NCBI RefSeq assembly: GCF_001194135.2
Contig: NC_068983.1
Coordinates: forward strand, 44,228,209-44,288,917
Length of the DNA: 60,709 bases
Source of the DNA: Octopus bimaculoides
Lineage: Eukaryota
Direction of reading: 5' to 3'
Shown here piece by piece: positions 1-12,319 of this stretch; the first letter of the stretch is position 1; each line of letters begins with the position of its first letter. Made by a program: the position numbers and the translations under genes. The notes beneath the pieces are model-generated. The model did no database searches, was not told where the DNA came from, and saw nothing but the letters and a program-made list of their open reading frames with translations.

Positions 1-39
<39 letters not shown>

Positions 40-170
40 GGCTTCTTTTAGTTTCTATCTACCAAATCCACTCACAAGGCTTTTTGGTCTTCTACTATAG
101 CCTTGAGCTATAGTAGAAGGCATTTGTTCAAGGTGCCACACAGTGGGACTGAACCTGGAACCATGTGGAG
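1..170 (-). mobile_element. SINE family B, head half, with (AC)n
   Basis: ggcttcttt...accaaatccactcacaaggc...ggaaccatgtgg is the reverse complement of the family B 5' half. Confidence 0.8.
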
Positions 171-2659
171 ACAGAGTCAGACAAAGGCTAGCAAGCCAAA
201 ACTTCAAAGTCACTGTCGCACCTCTTGTAATAGCTTAATAAGCATATCTTTTACTAAAAAGTATTCAGTAAATCTGTAGTTTAGTCTTAAACTATTTTTA
301 TATGTAACTTGACATAAAAAAACACACACACACACACACACACAGATGCACAGTCTGCCTTCTCAGGTGCTGCCTACTGTGTATTATCAGTTGTGATCTT
401 TATACCACATCAGCAACAAGAATATGCATGAGCTTTCATTACAGGTTTTAGCCTCATAAAAGTTACATAACTCAGAGCTTCTTGTAATCTCCGTAATAAA
501 GCAGTGTGAGTTTAATTTGACATGGACAGACAGACAGACAAGTAGCAAGTTTAGTGCAGGACATCAAGATTGAATTATTGACCAAAGAGAACGACATTTA
601 TAACCTTTCACTGAAAACACTGTTGATCGTTAAACTAGGTTTGGAACAACACAACATTTAGCTGAACAATCGAAAACAACTGTCATCAATGAATAAATAA
701 GGTGAACGTAAAAATGAAAAAAATAAAACAAAATCCATATAGACATTCCCACTGAGAATATAAATAAACATTTTCTTTGGTGAACTAACAACTCAATTTC
801 CATAAATTACCATGTAAACTTCGATATCATGCTACAACGTAAAAATAGTTTTGATGACAATAATTGATGAAAAGAAAGAGAAAAGATAACCCCCAACAAA
901 CAAACTGTCTCTTCTATTTTGTTGAGTTATTTTTCAGCTGCTCATGTCTCTAGGCTATAAGTTAGCAGATTATATGGCACTTACCCAACTATTTTTAATG
1001 CTTTATACAGCATTTGAAGAATGTCACAGCACTGTGTGTGTTTTAAAAATAAGACTGCATCAAAGGAAGGAGACCAACTACTTTCTATGAAGAGAAAGCA
1101 AGGAGCAAGTTGTGAGATATTAGGTAGGATCCCTTTAACTTCCAGCAGACCTCAATGGTTTTCACACTATAAATATAAATTTTTCTGTAATTGATCTATG
1201 TTTTACTTTGTTTTTGGTGTGAACCCCTGCCCCAATCCAGGTTTTGGATCTGGCCTGGATATTAAAAAGGTTGAGAACCATTATTTTAGGGTCTGTTTAA
1301 GTTGAGAGGTCTTAGAGTCTGTTTAAGTTTCTGTAGAATCAAATTAAATTGGTATTATTGATAAGGCCTTCAGCATAAAGAATTAAATACTTTTGTTCTT
1401 TGCAAGTTAAAGTTCAAATTTTTGAAACCCTCCACCAGATGTAGAGGCAGTGAGAAATAAAACCCTTAACTGCTAAGAAAGCAGCAGTTTCTGAGGTATT
1501 ATCAGAAACAAGGGAGTTAACTACCAAAGTTACAAGCTCGCTAGTAAGGAAAGAGGAAGAAACAGAGTATCACAAAATTCCATGTGTTAACATGTATTTT
1601 ATCATTCACTACAATCAATATTAAGAGTGTGTATAGTGGTATTAATAGAGTGTATAATACATGGTTAAAGTGTGTGTGTGTATGAGTGTATAATGGATGG
1701 CATGGGTTGAACAATTCAACAGGATCTGACAGGCCGTAGGATTGCATTGTTCTCCAGTGTCGGCTTTGGCATGATTTCTAGGGTTAGATGCCTTTCCTAA
1801 CATCAACCAGTTCACAGAATGTGCTGAGTGCCTTTTCCATGGGAATAGAAAGGTCACCAACTAATGAGAAAGACAAGATCCCTACACTGAGAGGTGGGAG
1901 GGCTTGTATTGAGGGAGGTGGCTTTATGTCAGGTGATGAGAGGGTAAAGTGGGACACAAACAGGCGTCTTACAAAACAGAAGACACTCTTTTCTATTCCA
2001 AACTAATACTCAGCTAACATTTTCAGTGAAAATAGAAAATTCCAGAAAGAGTTTTATCAGCCATTCATTCGTATTGGCAATAACACTGTTGCTTGACAAT
2101 GACAACAATGAAGGGACATATGTGATTGTTAAAAATTTGAAGTTAAATCATAAAAATCACAATCAGTTTCCTGCCAGACACAAGAGCGAAACAATATTGT
2201 TTAAAGTTCTAGAAGTGAGTGAGTCAATAGAAGCAGCAATGAAACCACTGTCTGTCCACAGAAGCACATTTGTCCTGTACAGGTGAGTGAGTTTAAACAG
2301 TCATTCATACTCACACTTACCAACTTCATTGACTGTTTTTAACATACAAATGTCATGAAAGAGAAATGTGTCTGAAAACAAGGTAAGTGACAAATATGCT
2401 TCGAAAATTTATAAATGCCAACATTTATGTGGGACTTAACAACAGGGCTATGAAAGAGTGAACTGTGTATAAAGCGCTTATCAACATTATTATTATTATT
2501 ATTATTATTAGTGCTGATCTGATTCAGATGTAATATTAAAAGAACAGGAAATGAAATATATGAAGAGAAGTTCAGGTTAACTAAGCATAAACCAGGTCAG
2601 CCAACCAGGTGACAATCCAACTCATGGCCATATAATGCAATGCATAACCCTCCCCCTTC

Positions 2660-3895
2660 CTAGACCACATGACAAGTCAGCTGACTTGTTGGAATCCCAC
2701 GCATTCTATGCTAAAGTATCCCTGACCGCACATACTTCATTCTTGACCTTTGAAAAACAATTAGACCAGTGATTGAGATCATCTCTTAATACGCATGACT
2801 GTCTACATTCCACCTCAAATGCAAGCTCCACTGACCCCCAAGTCTCCCAAGTTGTTCATCCATAACTGCACTGCAGCAGTCCAGGAATAAATCAAAGCTT
2901 ACAATGTTTACAGAGAATGTCCGCTTGCAAACTGGGTTGTTTTTATCAAAAGGATGCATCTGTACAGCAAACAGACCTTGAAGCAAACCCCATCTCCAAA
3001 ACTACAGCCAAATGTTTTGGTCCTTTGCTAAAAAGATCTCCACTGACTGGAATTCTTCTTTCTTCTACTTCCCAACCATGATAGTTCTGCGAGACATTCA
3101 CTGTCCACTTTACATCTATCGTCACCACACTGCACACACTGGGTAAATATCTTACAAAAACCCTCTCCTTCCACTCAACCAGGACTGATGATGATAATGA
3201 TGATCTACACTTATATGCCCAATATGAAAATAACTGCTTCCTTTGAGCCAATAAGGCTAATTATGTTTCTGTTACACTTAAATGATGTACCCCAAACCTA
3301 GTCTCTACTAAAATCAAACTCTTCCATCATTTTATCTCGCTCTACAGGCATATATCCTGATCTTCAGAAGTGTGTTAGTGTGGCCCATTGTCAAGAAGGG
3401 CAACCCTTCTGACCATACCAATTGTTGTCCAGTCACACTCACCTCGAATGTCATCAAAAATACTGGAAACAGCTGTTAATACCATTCTCCAACTCTTTCA
3501 ATCTCTTTCTTCATCCTTAATGATCACCAGAACAGCTTTCATAAAGCCAGATCAACAGAAGACCTATTGTTGTAGGTCACCCACTGGTAGGCTCTCACCT
3601 AAAGAAACTTTGGTGAAGGTAACATCACTGCCTTTGATATCAGCAAAACTTCCAATCATATGTTATGGATTAAACCTCATGAAAACAGTTCATCTCTTGG
3701 CTCCACCTGCCTCTCATGTTTTAGTGCAGTCTGAGAGGAAATTTCCAGTCTATGCTGATTGGGCTTTGCCTGACCTGTACAATCAACAATTAAGGTTTCC
3801 GGAGTTTGGTTCCGTCTTGTACTCTTCCTCTTTTATAACAATGAACTACTTGTCACAACCTCCTGTGCTGATGGGGGTTCTGTCCAACACACACA
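2660..3895 (+). mobile_element. Degenerate CR1/Jockey-group LINE, reverse transcriptase region
   Basis: Across frameshifts: VWPIVKKGNPSDHTNCCPVTLTS / SKILETAVN / NDHQNSFHKARSTEDLL / AFDISK, the typical N-terminal RT motifs. Many stops. Confidence 0.75.
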
Positions 3896-4203
3896 ACCAA
3901 CAACTACGATCCTTAAGGTCAGTGCTGGTGAGGGTCCATTAGCCTTGTTGAGAACATGACAACCTTTCAAGAGCTTGTGGAGTTGATGCTATGAAAACTG
4001 TATCCAGTACACTGTATAAAGAGGTGTATTTCCAAGTAACCCATCATATGACTGGTAATAATCTAAAAATGATTTTAACTCAGAGTATTTAAACTAAATA
4101 CAGATCAATAAATTTAGCTGTTAAGATCTTTAGCTAGGTTTACTTAGATAAAATAATGGGGAGGGGGTACAGAAATCAGAAAATTTAGAAAAAAATTACT
4201 TAC

Positions 4204-4269
4204 ATTTTCATCCACAGAATATGTTAGCTCACCATCATCGTAAAGAACAAAAAATCTCCTCTGCCATCT
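4204..4269 (-). CDS. MPRIP: Internal coding exon (66 nt, phase 0-0) of an outspread/MPRIP-family gene, N-terminal PH domain
   Basis: Minus strand: acceptor attgtcatttttgtttctttag|AGATGG...GATGAAAAT|gtaagt donor. Frame 0 gives [22 protein letters not shown], matching (from recall) Drosophila outspread [21 protein letters not shown] and human MPRIP KWQRRFFILYEHGLLRYALDEM. Too short for the ORF track. Confidence 0.9.
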
Positions 4270-4917
4270 CTAAAGAAACAAAAATGACAATTATTAGCAT
4301 CACTAACAATGGTTTAAAAAAAAGGACATAATTAGTAAAAAGAGGTTAATATCTTTCACCCTTTTAAGTACCAACCTATACAAGACCACCCTTGGTTCTA
4401 GGATACATATTTCTGGGATTAAAGTGATCAAAAAACCTTCCACCAAAAATTACAAAATTTTGAAAATGAAGAATTTAGTAAAATAACAAATTGAAAGATA
4501 ATGAAAGGATTAAAACAGCTGAAAGAAATAAAAGAAGGAGCAACGAGAAACCATAAAGTTTAATAAGACCAAGTAAATGGTGGTGGTGTGGAAAATACTT
4601 GGCTGGCACTTCAATTGCTTCCAACATCTTTATATTGAATCGGCAAAGGGAAGAGTCTCAAAGGGGTTACTTGACCAGCTGGGAATAGCACATAAATCTC
4701 TCTGAAATCATTAACTACTATCTTAAGAGGAAGGGGAAACTACATCAGATAATGTACTCCAAGGTAGATGATGTCCTGAACCAAAATAACAACAACAAAG
4801 AGTATAAATACACACATGCACTGGTTGTATTTCACTTTTATTATATTATTTACATTCCACCAAGGTCAACTTTGCCTTTCATCTTTTTGGAGTCAATAGA
4901 ATAAGAATCAGTAGTAT

Positions 4918-5158
4918 GGAGGCGAGCTGGCAGAAGCATTAGCACACCGGGCAAAATGCTTAGCGGTATTTCGTCTGCTGTTATGTTTTGAGTTCAAATT
5001 CCGCTGAGGTTGACTTTGCCTTTCATCCTTTCGGAGTTGATAAATTAAGTACCAGTTACGCACTGGGGTCAATGTAATCAACTTAATCTCTTTGTCTGTC
5101 CTTGTTTGTCCCCTCTGTGTTTAGCCCCTTGTGGGCAATAAAGAAATAAGAATAAGAA
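4918..5158 (+). mobile_element. SINE family A, young copy inside an older family A copy
   Basis: Head ggcgagctggcagaa...gagttcaaattcc (B-box-like), tail aaagaaataaga; flanked by gaataagaat(c/t)ag duplication. Confidence 0.85.
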
Positions 5159-5462
5159 TTAGCTGTGCATTGTAATCGACTTAACCACTCATCCTAAAAT
5201 TGGTGGTCTTATCCCAAAATTTGAAAGTATCATTAATCAACTAGTTATCTAATTAACCAGTTAATTAATCAATGGTTTGATTAATCATCCAATCAATCTA
5301 CCAACTGTCCCCATTTAATCAGCACCCAAACAGCTGTGCCCAATTGGCTCATTCCAAAGTGGTAAAGTATGGGAAATTGAACTTTCACTTTGAATGCTCA
5401 CACACCATCTTTGCTTCATAAAATCAAGATCGTCCGAAGAAAAGTCTACAACTACGACAAAT

Positions 5463-5925
5463 ATTTACATTATTTACAATGGATGGATAGGTGTCCTCAC
5501 CTTTTTTGTTGTCACCACAATGAATCAGCTGATGTATTCTCCAGCCTTCATCAGGTGGAATTTCATAAGGTGGAATTTAAAATTCAACCCTTTGACTAAA
5601 GGGGTACTCTGTTCTCATGTTATTTTTTGCTGTTGATATTATTTCCCCAAGTCCCTGCCTGGGATTGAACTCAGAATCCAAGGGTTAGTAACCTGCACTC
5701 TTATCCACTACGCTATATGCTCGTGGCAATTATAGAGTGATTTTTGGGCTTATCATCCTATTATTTTTGTATCTTTCCTTAATACCGGTTCCCATATTAC
5801 ATTCATATCTGCAATAGCTCTGCTTGGGAGGTTATTGTGTCCTAGCATATGTGCTGCTACTTTTAATTTTCATATTTTCCAGTGGTTTTCTGTTCATTAT
5901 TTTAACCTCATCCCACAGGGCGAAG
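5463..5925 (-). mobile_element. Short element with a tRNA-like head (5651-5722) and a degenerate hammerhead (5515-5558)
   Basis: Minus strand: GAGCATATAGCGTAGTGG (A box)...GAGTTCAATCC (B box), then about 90 nt, then CCAC-CTGATGA-A-GGCTG-loop-CAGCT-GATT-CAT-T-GTGG, and a tail ending TGTAAATAATGTAAAT. Confidence 0.65.
5515..5558 (-). ncRNA. Degenerate minimal type-I hammerhead ribozyme motif (HH1)
   Basis: Helix I CCAC/GUGG, core CUGAUGA plus one extra A, helix II GGCUG/CAGCU. GAAA is mutated to GAUU and the helix III palindrome ACGU is decayed. Confidence 0.6.
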
Positions 5926-6516
5926 TGGACTCCATGTGGAAGAAGTAGACCCAGGAAGACATGGGATGAGGTGGTGAAGCATGACCTTTGAACATTGGGC
6001 CTCAGAGGCAATGACAGAAGACCGAGACTTTTGGAGATATGCTGTGATTGAGAAGACCCGGAAACTAAAGTGAGATTGCAGCCATGTATGTCTGGCCCAG
6101 TTAAGAGTAACTCTGATGCGTCATGCGATATATGCTTGAGAAGACCTGTTGAGTCAAGTAAAACCAATATCATAGCTGTGACCAGCGCTCCCTGACTGGC
6201 TTGTGCCGGTGGCACGAAAGAAGCATCATCTGAACGTGGCCAATGCCAGTACCCACTGACTGGCTCTCATGCTGGTGGTACATAAAAAGCACCAACCGAA
6301 CGTGGCCGATGCCAGGCCCACCTGACTGGTTCCTGTGCCGGTGGTATGTAAAAGGCACCCACTACACTCTCGGAGTGGTTGGCATTAGGAAGGGCATCCA
6401 GCTGTAGAAACATTGCCAGATTAGATTGGAGCCTGGTGCAGCCACTAGCTCTCCAGACCTCAGTCGAACCATCCAACCCATGCCAGCATAGAAAATGGAC
6501 GTTAAGCGACGATGAT
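5915..6516 (+). mobile_element. 5'-truncated RTE-clade LINE: ORF2 C-terminus, 3'UTR and tail
   Basis: CGRSRPRKTWDEVVKHDL*TLG..EAMTEDRDFWRYAVIEKTRKLK*, then a modular UTR and tail catccaacccatgccagcat...gttaagcgacgatga. Confidence 0.85.
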
Positions 6517-6840
6517 TGGGTATACCCAATTTTTCAATATCCCCTCATGTCACAGCTTTACGATGTTCCTCTAATCTTATTTTTGTTTTTTAAATATCGA
6601 ATAGTATTATGACAAATATTTACTAGAAAAGAAAACAATGGCAAAAAAAAAAAAACCCCAAAAAACATCCAAATTCTTCATTAGATTCCATTCATATCTT
6701 TGTTTAAGTCCTTTTTATTTTCTTACCTCTAACTTAAAAACTGGTCTGTTTTTTGTAACTTAAGACTGCTGAAGTGCTTAAGCTGTTTTGTTAATGAAAC
6801 GAGTTATTCACCTCCCAACAACAATATATATATACATATA

Positions 6841-6884
<44 letters not shown>

Positions 6885-7165
6885 CAAGCCTAACCTGCAT
6901 ATAATGTGGATACATTACATAGCAGACATTTTTACATGTGATGTGTACGTATGCAGTCATGTGTGTAGTATACATGACAATGCCACTATGTACACATGGC
7001 ATATGTAAGAAAGGAAAGAATGAAGGAAGGAAGGAAGGCACAAAGAAAGTAACAGATACCTGTGCAATACCTAGAGTGATTCTATCATATGCGATGCATT
7101 GTATTTTAAGAATGAAAATGCCATTAATAGAAATGTTTGTTTGTGTGTGTGTCTTTTGTCATCTA

Positions 7166-7790
7166 TCTTTTTCTTATTTGTCATTAGACTGTGGCCATGC
7201 TGGGGCACTGCCTTAAAAAGATTTTAGCTGAATGAATTAACCTCAGAGTTTGTTTCTTTTTTTATTTTTTAAACCTAGTCCATCGGTCTCTTTTGCCAAA
7301 CCACTAATGTTACAGGATGTAAACATGCCAACACTGGTGGTCAAGCAGTGGTTGGAGACAGACACAAAGAGATGCACACAGACACACACACATGACAGGC
7401 TTCTTTCAGTTTCTTATTTCTTTACTGCCCACAAGGGGCTACACACAGAGGGGACAAACAAGGACAGACAGACAGGTTAGGACAGACACCCCAAAAGGAT
7501 GAAAGGACAGACACCCCGAAAGAATGAAAGGTAAAGTCGACCTTGGCGGAATTTGAACATAGCGGCAGACGAAATACTGCTAAGCATTTCACCCAACGTG
7601 CTAACGTTTCTGTCAGCTCGCAGTCTTCACAGCTTCTTTCAGTTTCTATTCACCAAATCCACTCACAGGGCTTTGGTCAACACAGGGCTACAGAAGAAGA
7701 CACTTGCCCAAGGTGTCACACAGTGAGATTGAACCCGGAACCATGAGGTTGGGAAGCAAACATCTTACCACACTGCTACACCTGCGTGTG
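7166..7790 (-). mobile_element. SINE family B interrupted by a family A insertion (7415-7631)
   Basis: The family B halves rejoin across the insert; 16-bp duplication gcttctttcagtttct at 7399-7414 and 7632-7647. Confidence 0.85.
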
Positions 7791-8549
7791 TATGTACACA
7801 CACACACACACACACACACACACCCAATTAGAAGTGTACAAACAGAAGCATAATATGAATATTTCATATGCTGCACACCCAGGTGGAAATGAATAATAAA
7901 AACAATTAATATATAATAAATAATAACAACAACAATAGTAATGAAAGCTTTTTGACAAACATTATAGCTAATTAGCTACAATTTCACCATCTGGCTGGAA
8001 TCCAACAAATGAGAATGGTAACAATACTAATGGTATTTCAACATGATGGCGCTAGTGTCAGCTGAGGCAATTACCGTAGCAAAGAATGAAAGAAGCTTTG
8101 TAATGGTGACAATAAGAACAATTTTGATAATGGTGAAGATTATGGAACAAGAGAAACCAATAGAACATTTGTTTCAGACAAAAACCCAATATGGCAAATA
8201 TCTAAATTATGTTTGCCTGTTTGTGGACAGACGAAAAGTTAACAGGTTTGGCAAGGTTTAGTATTACAGAGTTAAGCCTTCATTAAACAAGTCGCTACTT
8301 ACATAATCTCGACTTACTACTTAAACATGGTGAGACAAAAATCTGACCGTGTTCAGAATGCTTAAGATGCCTCGATCTGTTGTATTTGGTTGTAATTCTA
8401 GCCATCATCATTATCATCACCATCTGTGTGATGGTGCATGACTTACTGGATAGTGTATTTGACTCATGATCATTAGGGCACGAGTTCGATTCCTGGCAGT
8501 GCATGGTGTTCTTGTGCAAAACACTATATGTCACATTACTCCAGTTCAT

Positions 8550-9030
8550 ATCGTCATCATTTAACATCTGCTTTCCATGCTGGCATGGGTTGGACGTTTT
8601 GACTGAGGGCTGGCAAGACAGAAGGCTGCACCAGGTTCCAATCTGATCTGGCAAAGTTTCTACAGCTGGATGCCCTTCCAGACGCCAACCACTCCGAAAG
8701 TGTAATGGGTGCTTTTTATGTGACACCGGCACAGGAGCCAGTCAGGCGGCACTAGCATTGACTTGCACATTTATTCTTTATACACACACATCAACATCAT
8801 CGTTGTTGTTTAATGTCTGCTTTCTATGCTGGCATGGGTTGGACGGTTTGACTGAGAACTGGCAAGCCAGAAGGCTGCACCATGCTCCATCCTGATCTGG
8901 CAAGGTTTCTACAGCTGGATGCCCTTCATAATGCCAACCACTCCAAGAGTGTAGTGGGTGCTTTATACGTGCCACCAGCACAGGAGCCAGTCATGGGACA
9001 CTGGCATTAACCACGCTTGAATGGTGCTAA
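8550..9030 (-). mobile_element. Two tandem RTE-tail elements (family C)
   Basis: Each starts (cat)n...ttaa..tctgc(t)ttccatgctggcatgggttggacg and includes gctggatgcccttcc. Confidence 0.8.
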
Positions 9031-9275
9031 AAATGATAAAAATGAGAAGTACCTGTATTTTGAAGCGCTCACCTTGTCACATTCTGTGTTACGCTGAATC
9101 ACCTTGAGAATTATGCTAAAGGTATGCATGTCTTTGGAGTACTCAGCTACTTGCACGTTAATTTCATGAGCAGGCAGTTCCACTAATCGGATCAACTGGA
9201 ACCTTCATTGTAATTGATGGAGTACTAGTACTACACAGGGAAAGGCGGAGAGCTGACAGAATTGTTAGCAACCGT

Positions 9276-9431
9276 GGCCATATGGTAAGAAGTTTGCTTC
9301 CCAACCACATGGATCCGGGTTCAGTCCCAATGCATGGCACTTTAGGAAAGTTTCTTCTACTATTACCTTGGGCTGACCAAAGCCTTGTGAGTGGATTTGG
9401 TAGATGGAAACTGAAAGAAGCCCATTGTATA

Positions 9432-9489
<58 letters not shown>

Positions 9490-9693
9490 TGTGTCTGTGT
9501 TTGTCCCCCACCATCACTTGACAACCGATGTTAGTGTGTTTACGTCCCTATAACTAAGCAGTTCAGCAAAAGAGACCAATAGAATAAGTACTAGGCTCAC
9601 AAAGAATAAGTCCTGGGGTCGATTTGTTCGACTAAAATAGGTGGTGCTCCAGCATGGCCACAGTCAAATGACTGAAACAAATTAAAAGAGTAA
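9276..9693 (+). mobile_element. SINE family B, near full length, with internal (GT)n
   Basis: tRNA-like head, CORE-like gcactttaggaaagt, internal (GT)n, 3' part ending gactgaaacaaattaaaagag. Confidence 0.85.
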
Positions 9694-10005
9694 GTCAGAG
9701 AAAATGCTTAGATTTATTTCTTCCAAATCTTCCAAAGTTCCAAGTTCAAGCACAGCCAAAGTTGATTTTGCCTTTTATCCTTTTGAAGTACCAGTTAAGT
9801 ACCTGATGTTGATGCTATTGATTTCCCTCCTCCCAACAAAATTGCTGGCCTTGTGGTAAAAGTACAAGGGATGTTACTACTGAAGGAACTAAGTTTTTGA
9901 GGGAGAGCTTTAGCTACCATATCAGTAACACCACATTAATGTGGGGTTTATTGCAATTTGGTCCTAATATTGTTTGCAACACTTCAGTATTCATACCATT
10001 TGTAG

Positions 10006-10232
10006 GGCAGCGAGCTGGCAGAACCGTTAGCACACTGGGCAGAATGCTTAGCGATATTTCATCTGTCTTATGTTCTGAGTTCAAATTCCACCTAGGTCGA
10101 CTTTGCCTTTCATCCTTTCGGGGTCGATTAAATAAGAACCAGTTACACACTGGGGGTCGATGTAAATGATTTAATCTCTTTGTCCTTGTTTGTTCCCTCT
10201 ATGTTTAGCCCCCTGTGGACAATAAAAAAATA
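10006..10232 (+). mobile_element. SINE family A
   Basis: gcgagctggcagaaccgttagcac...gtttagccccctgtggacaataaa. Confidence 0.85.
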
Positions 10233-10721
10233 AATATTCATGTCATTTGCATTTTGGTATTGGTGCTGTTGGCAACAATTTTAGCATTAAGGATGTTTGC
10301 AGCATTTTAGTGTCAAAAGCATTTGCTGTTATTCAAGGTTGGTGGTGTCTGCTGCACTTAAACATTAGTGTTTTTTGCTGCACTTTCACATCAGTGATGC
10401 TTTGCTGCACTTTGATACTTATACTGACTAAGGCCATGAGCTGGTAGAACTGTTTGCATGCTGGGCAAAATGCTTAGTGGCATTTCACCCATCTTCACGT
10501 TCTGAGTTCAGATTCCACCAAGGTTAACTTCGCCTTTCATGATTTATAAAATAAGTACCAGTTAAACACTGGAGTCAATGTAATTGACTTGCTACCCTCC
10601 ACCCCGAAGAAACCAATATTTATACTGACAGCCAAAATGTTAGTCATGTGAATTTCATTCTGGGATTTCCTATCAATTTTCAAAGAAATGGTTTTATCTT
10701 TAGATTTATCATTTTGCTCGT

Positions 10722-11173
10722 GGAGGCGCAATGGCCCAGTGGTTAGGGCAATGGACTCGCGGTCATAGGATCGCGGTTTCGATTCCCAGACCGGGCATTG
10801 TAAGTGTTTATTGAGCGAAAACACCTAAAGCACCACGAGACTCCAGCAGGGGATGTTGGCGAACCCTGCTGTACTCTTTCACCATAACTTTCTCTCACTC
10901 TTACTTCCTGTTTCTGTTGTGCCTGTAATTCAAAGGGTCAGCCTTGTCACACTGTGTCACGCTGAATATCCCCCGAGAACTACGTTAAGGGTACACGTGT
11001 CTGTGGAGTGCTCAGCCACTTNNNNNNNNNNCACGCTGAATATCCCCCGAGAACTACGTTAAGGGTACACGTGTCTGTGGAGTGCTCAGCCACTTGCACG
11101 TTAATTTCACGAGCAGGCTGTTCTGTTGATCGGATCGACTGGAACCCTCGATGTCGTAAGCGACGGAGTGCCA
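10722..11173 (+). mobile_element. SINE family D, young and CpG-rich, tRNA-derived
   Basis: A box TGGCCCAGTGG, B box GGTTTCGATTCC; near-identical inverted copy at 51872-52244; contains an N-gap duplication artefact. Confidence 0.85.
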
Positions 11174-11471
11174 AAAGAAAAAAAAAAGGATCATTTTGCT
11201 CAATATACAACACATTTCTCTCTAAATACCCATAGCATCAGTTCCTGCAAAAACAGGCCTGGGCTGGCCGTTGTTCAATTGACAGGGAGATAATTAGCTC
11301 ACTTGGAAATGAGTGGAGTGAAGTTTGGCAACAGGAAGGGCATCTGGCCAAAAGAAAACTCAGCATCAATTTACTGTCATCCGGCCCGTGTTAAGCATGG
11401 AAAGGTAGACATTAAAAGGATTGTGGTTAAGGGTTATTAGCAGAAACAGAGCAGAAAGAGAGAGTTGTTAA

Positions 11472-11674
11472 CCCTTTAGCATTTAAACCAGCTATAATAT
11501 TCTACCTGTTCAAACTGGCCAGATCTGGCCACTCACACCTATACTACAATGTCATCTCTAAAATAATCACGTTAGCAAAATCTCAAAACTACAAGATAAT
11601 GCATGATTAATTAAAAGCAATGTCAATTAATAAATAAGCAAGATGTTTAACTGAGTAATCTGAATGCTAAAGAG
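11472..11674. mobile_element. piggyBac-like MITE (family H)
   Basis: TTAA|CCCTTTAGCATT...AATGCTAAAGAG|TTAA. Confidence 0.75.
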
Positions 11675-12158
11675 TTAAAACAGTTTTATCTTCCACAGAA
11701 GTTTTCAACATTTCTCAATACGAAGTGCTGTCTACATCAAAAGTGGTGAAATATAGCATATTTAAACAACTATTTAAAGTTTACTGTATCTCACTCTCTT
11801 AAAACAAACAAACTCAGCAATTAATTAAATTATTACACGTTTAACAGAGATCTCCTTATCAAATATCCCAGTTTCCATAAATTTTCAACCTAACACCTAT
11901 CATCGCCAACATCTTCAACTAAAAATAAATTCTGATTAATTATTTTGGTTTCCTTTTCTCTTTATCATACATGTCAGCGCATCAGCGAACACTCAAAACA
12001 GTTATTTAAATTAGCTTTCTTTAGCATCTTCACGGGGGTGGGGGGACCAAAAACAAAACAAAGCAAAAAAGAACTTTCTATTAATGCAATTTCAATGAAT
12101 CACGAAAATATTTTTAGAAAAACTATTTTTCTTTCCAGATATAAAGATCCCCCCCCCC

Positions 12159-12319
12159 NNNNNNNNNNNNNNNNNNNNNNNNNNNNNNNNNNNNNNNNNN
12201 NNNNNNNNNNNNNNNNNNNNNNNNNNNNNNNNNNNNNNNNNNNNNNNNNNNNNNNNNNNNNNNNNNNNNNNNNNNNNNNNNNNNNNNNNNNNNNNNNNNN
12301 NNNNNNNNNNNNNNNNNNN
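12159..12319. other. Assembly gap (others include 19981-20128, 42049-42445 and several short ones)
   Basis: N runs, often flanked by (AT)n or homopolymers. Confidence 1.

Noticed and set aside
2026-2286. Plus-strand ORF ending at a gtgagt donor; ENRKFQKE faintly like a hAT/SPIN N-terminus
   Set aside because: Stops in the suggestive frame and similarity too weak to call.
2321-2371. 51-nt minus-strand exon-like segment (ttttcag|...|gtaagt; TFLFHDICMLKTVNEV)
   Set aside because: Open only in phase 1-1, incompatible with the phase-0 PH exon, and it lacks the expected next peptide (P-x-T-x-P-Q).
3388-3942. Longest ORF in the track (184 aa)
   Set aside because: Off-frame read-through of a decayed CR1-like RT; RT motifs are split across frames.
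8295-8380. HGQIFVSP resembling osp GYLFVAP, with a gtaagt donor
   Set aside because: Poor acceptor, ends in phase 1, no DF-x-NP motif; likely coincidence.
10722-10797. tRNA-like sequences at SINE heads (also 5651-5722, 45857-45930, 52170-52244)
   Set aside because: No complete cloverleaf or acceptor stem, and they continue into repeat bodies; SINE heads, not tRNA genes.
10958-11095. Apparent tandem duplication within SINE D (also about 45903-46010 in SINE E)
   Set aside because: Each duplicate flanks a short N-gap: unmerged contig overlap.
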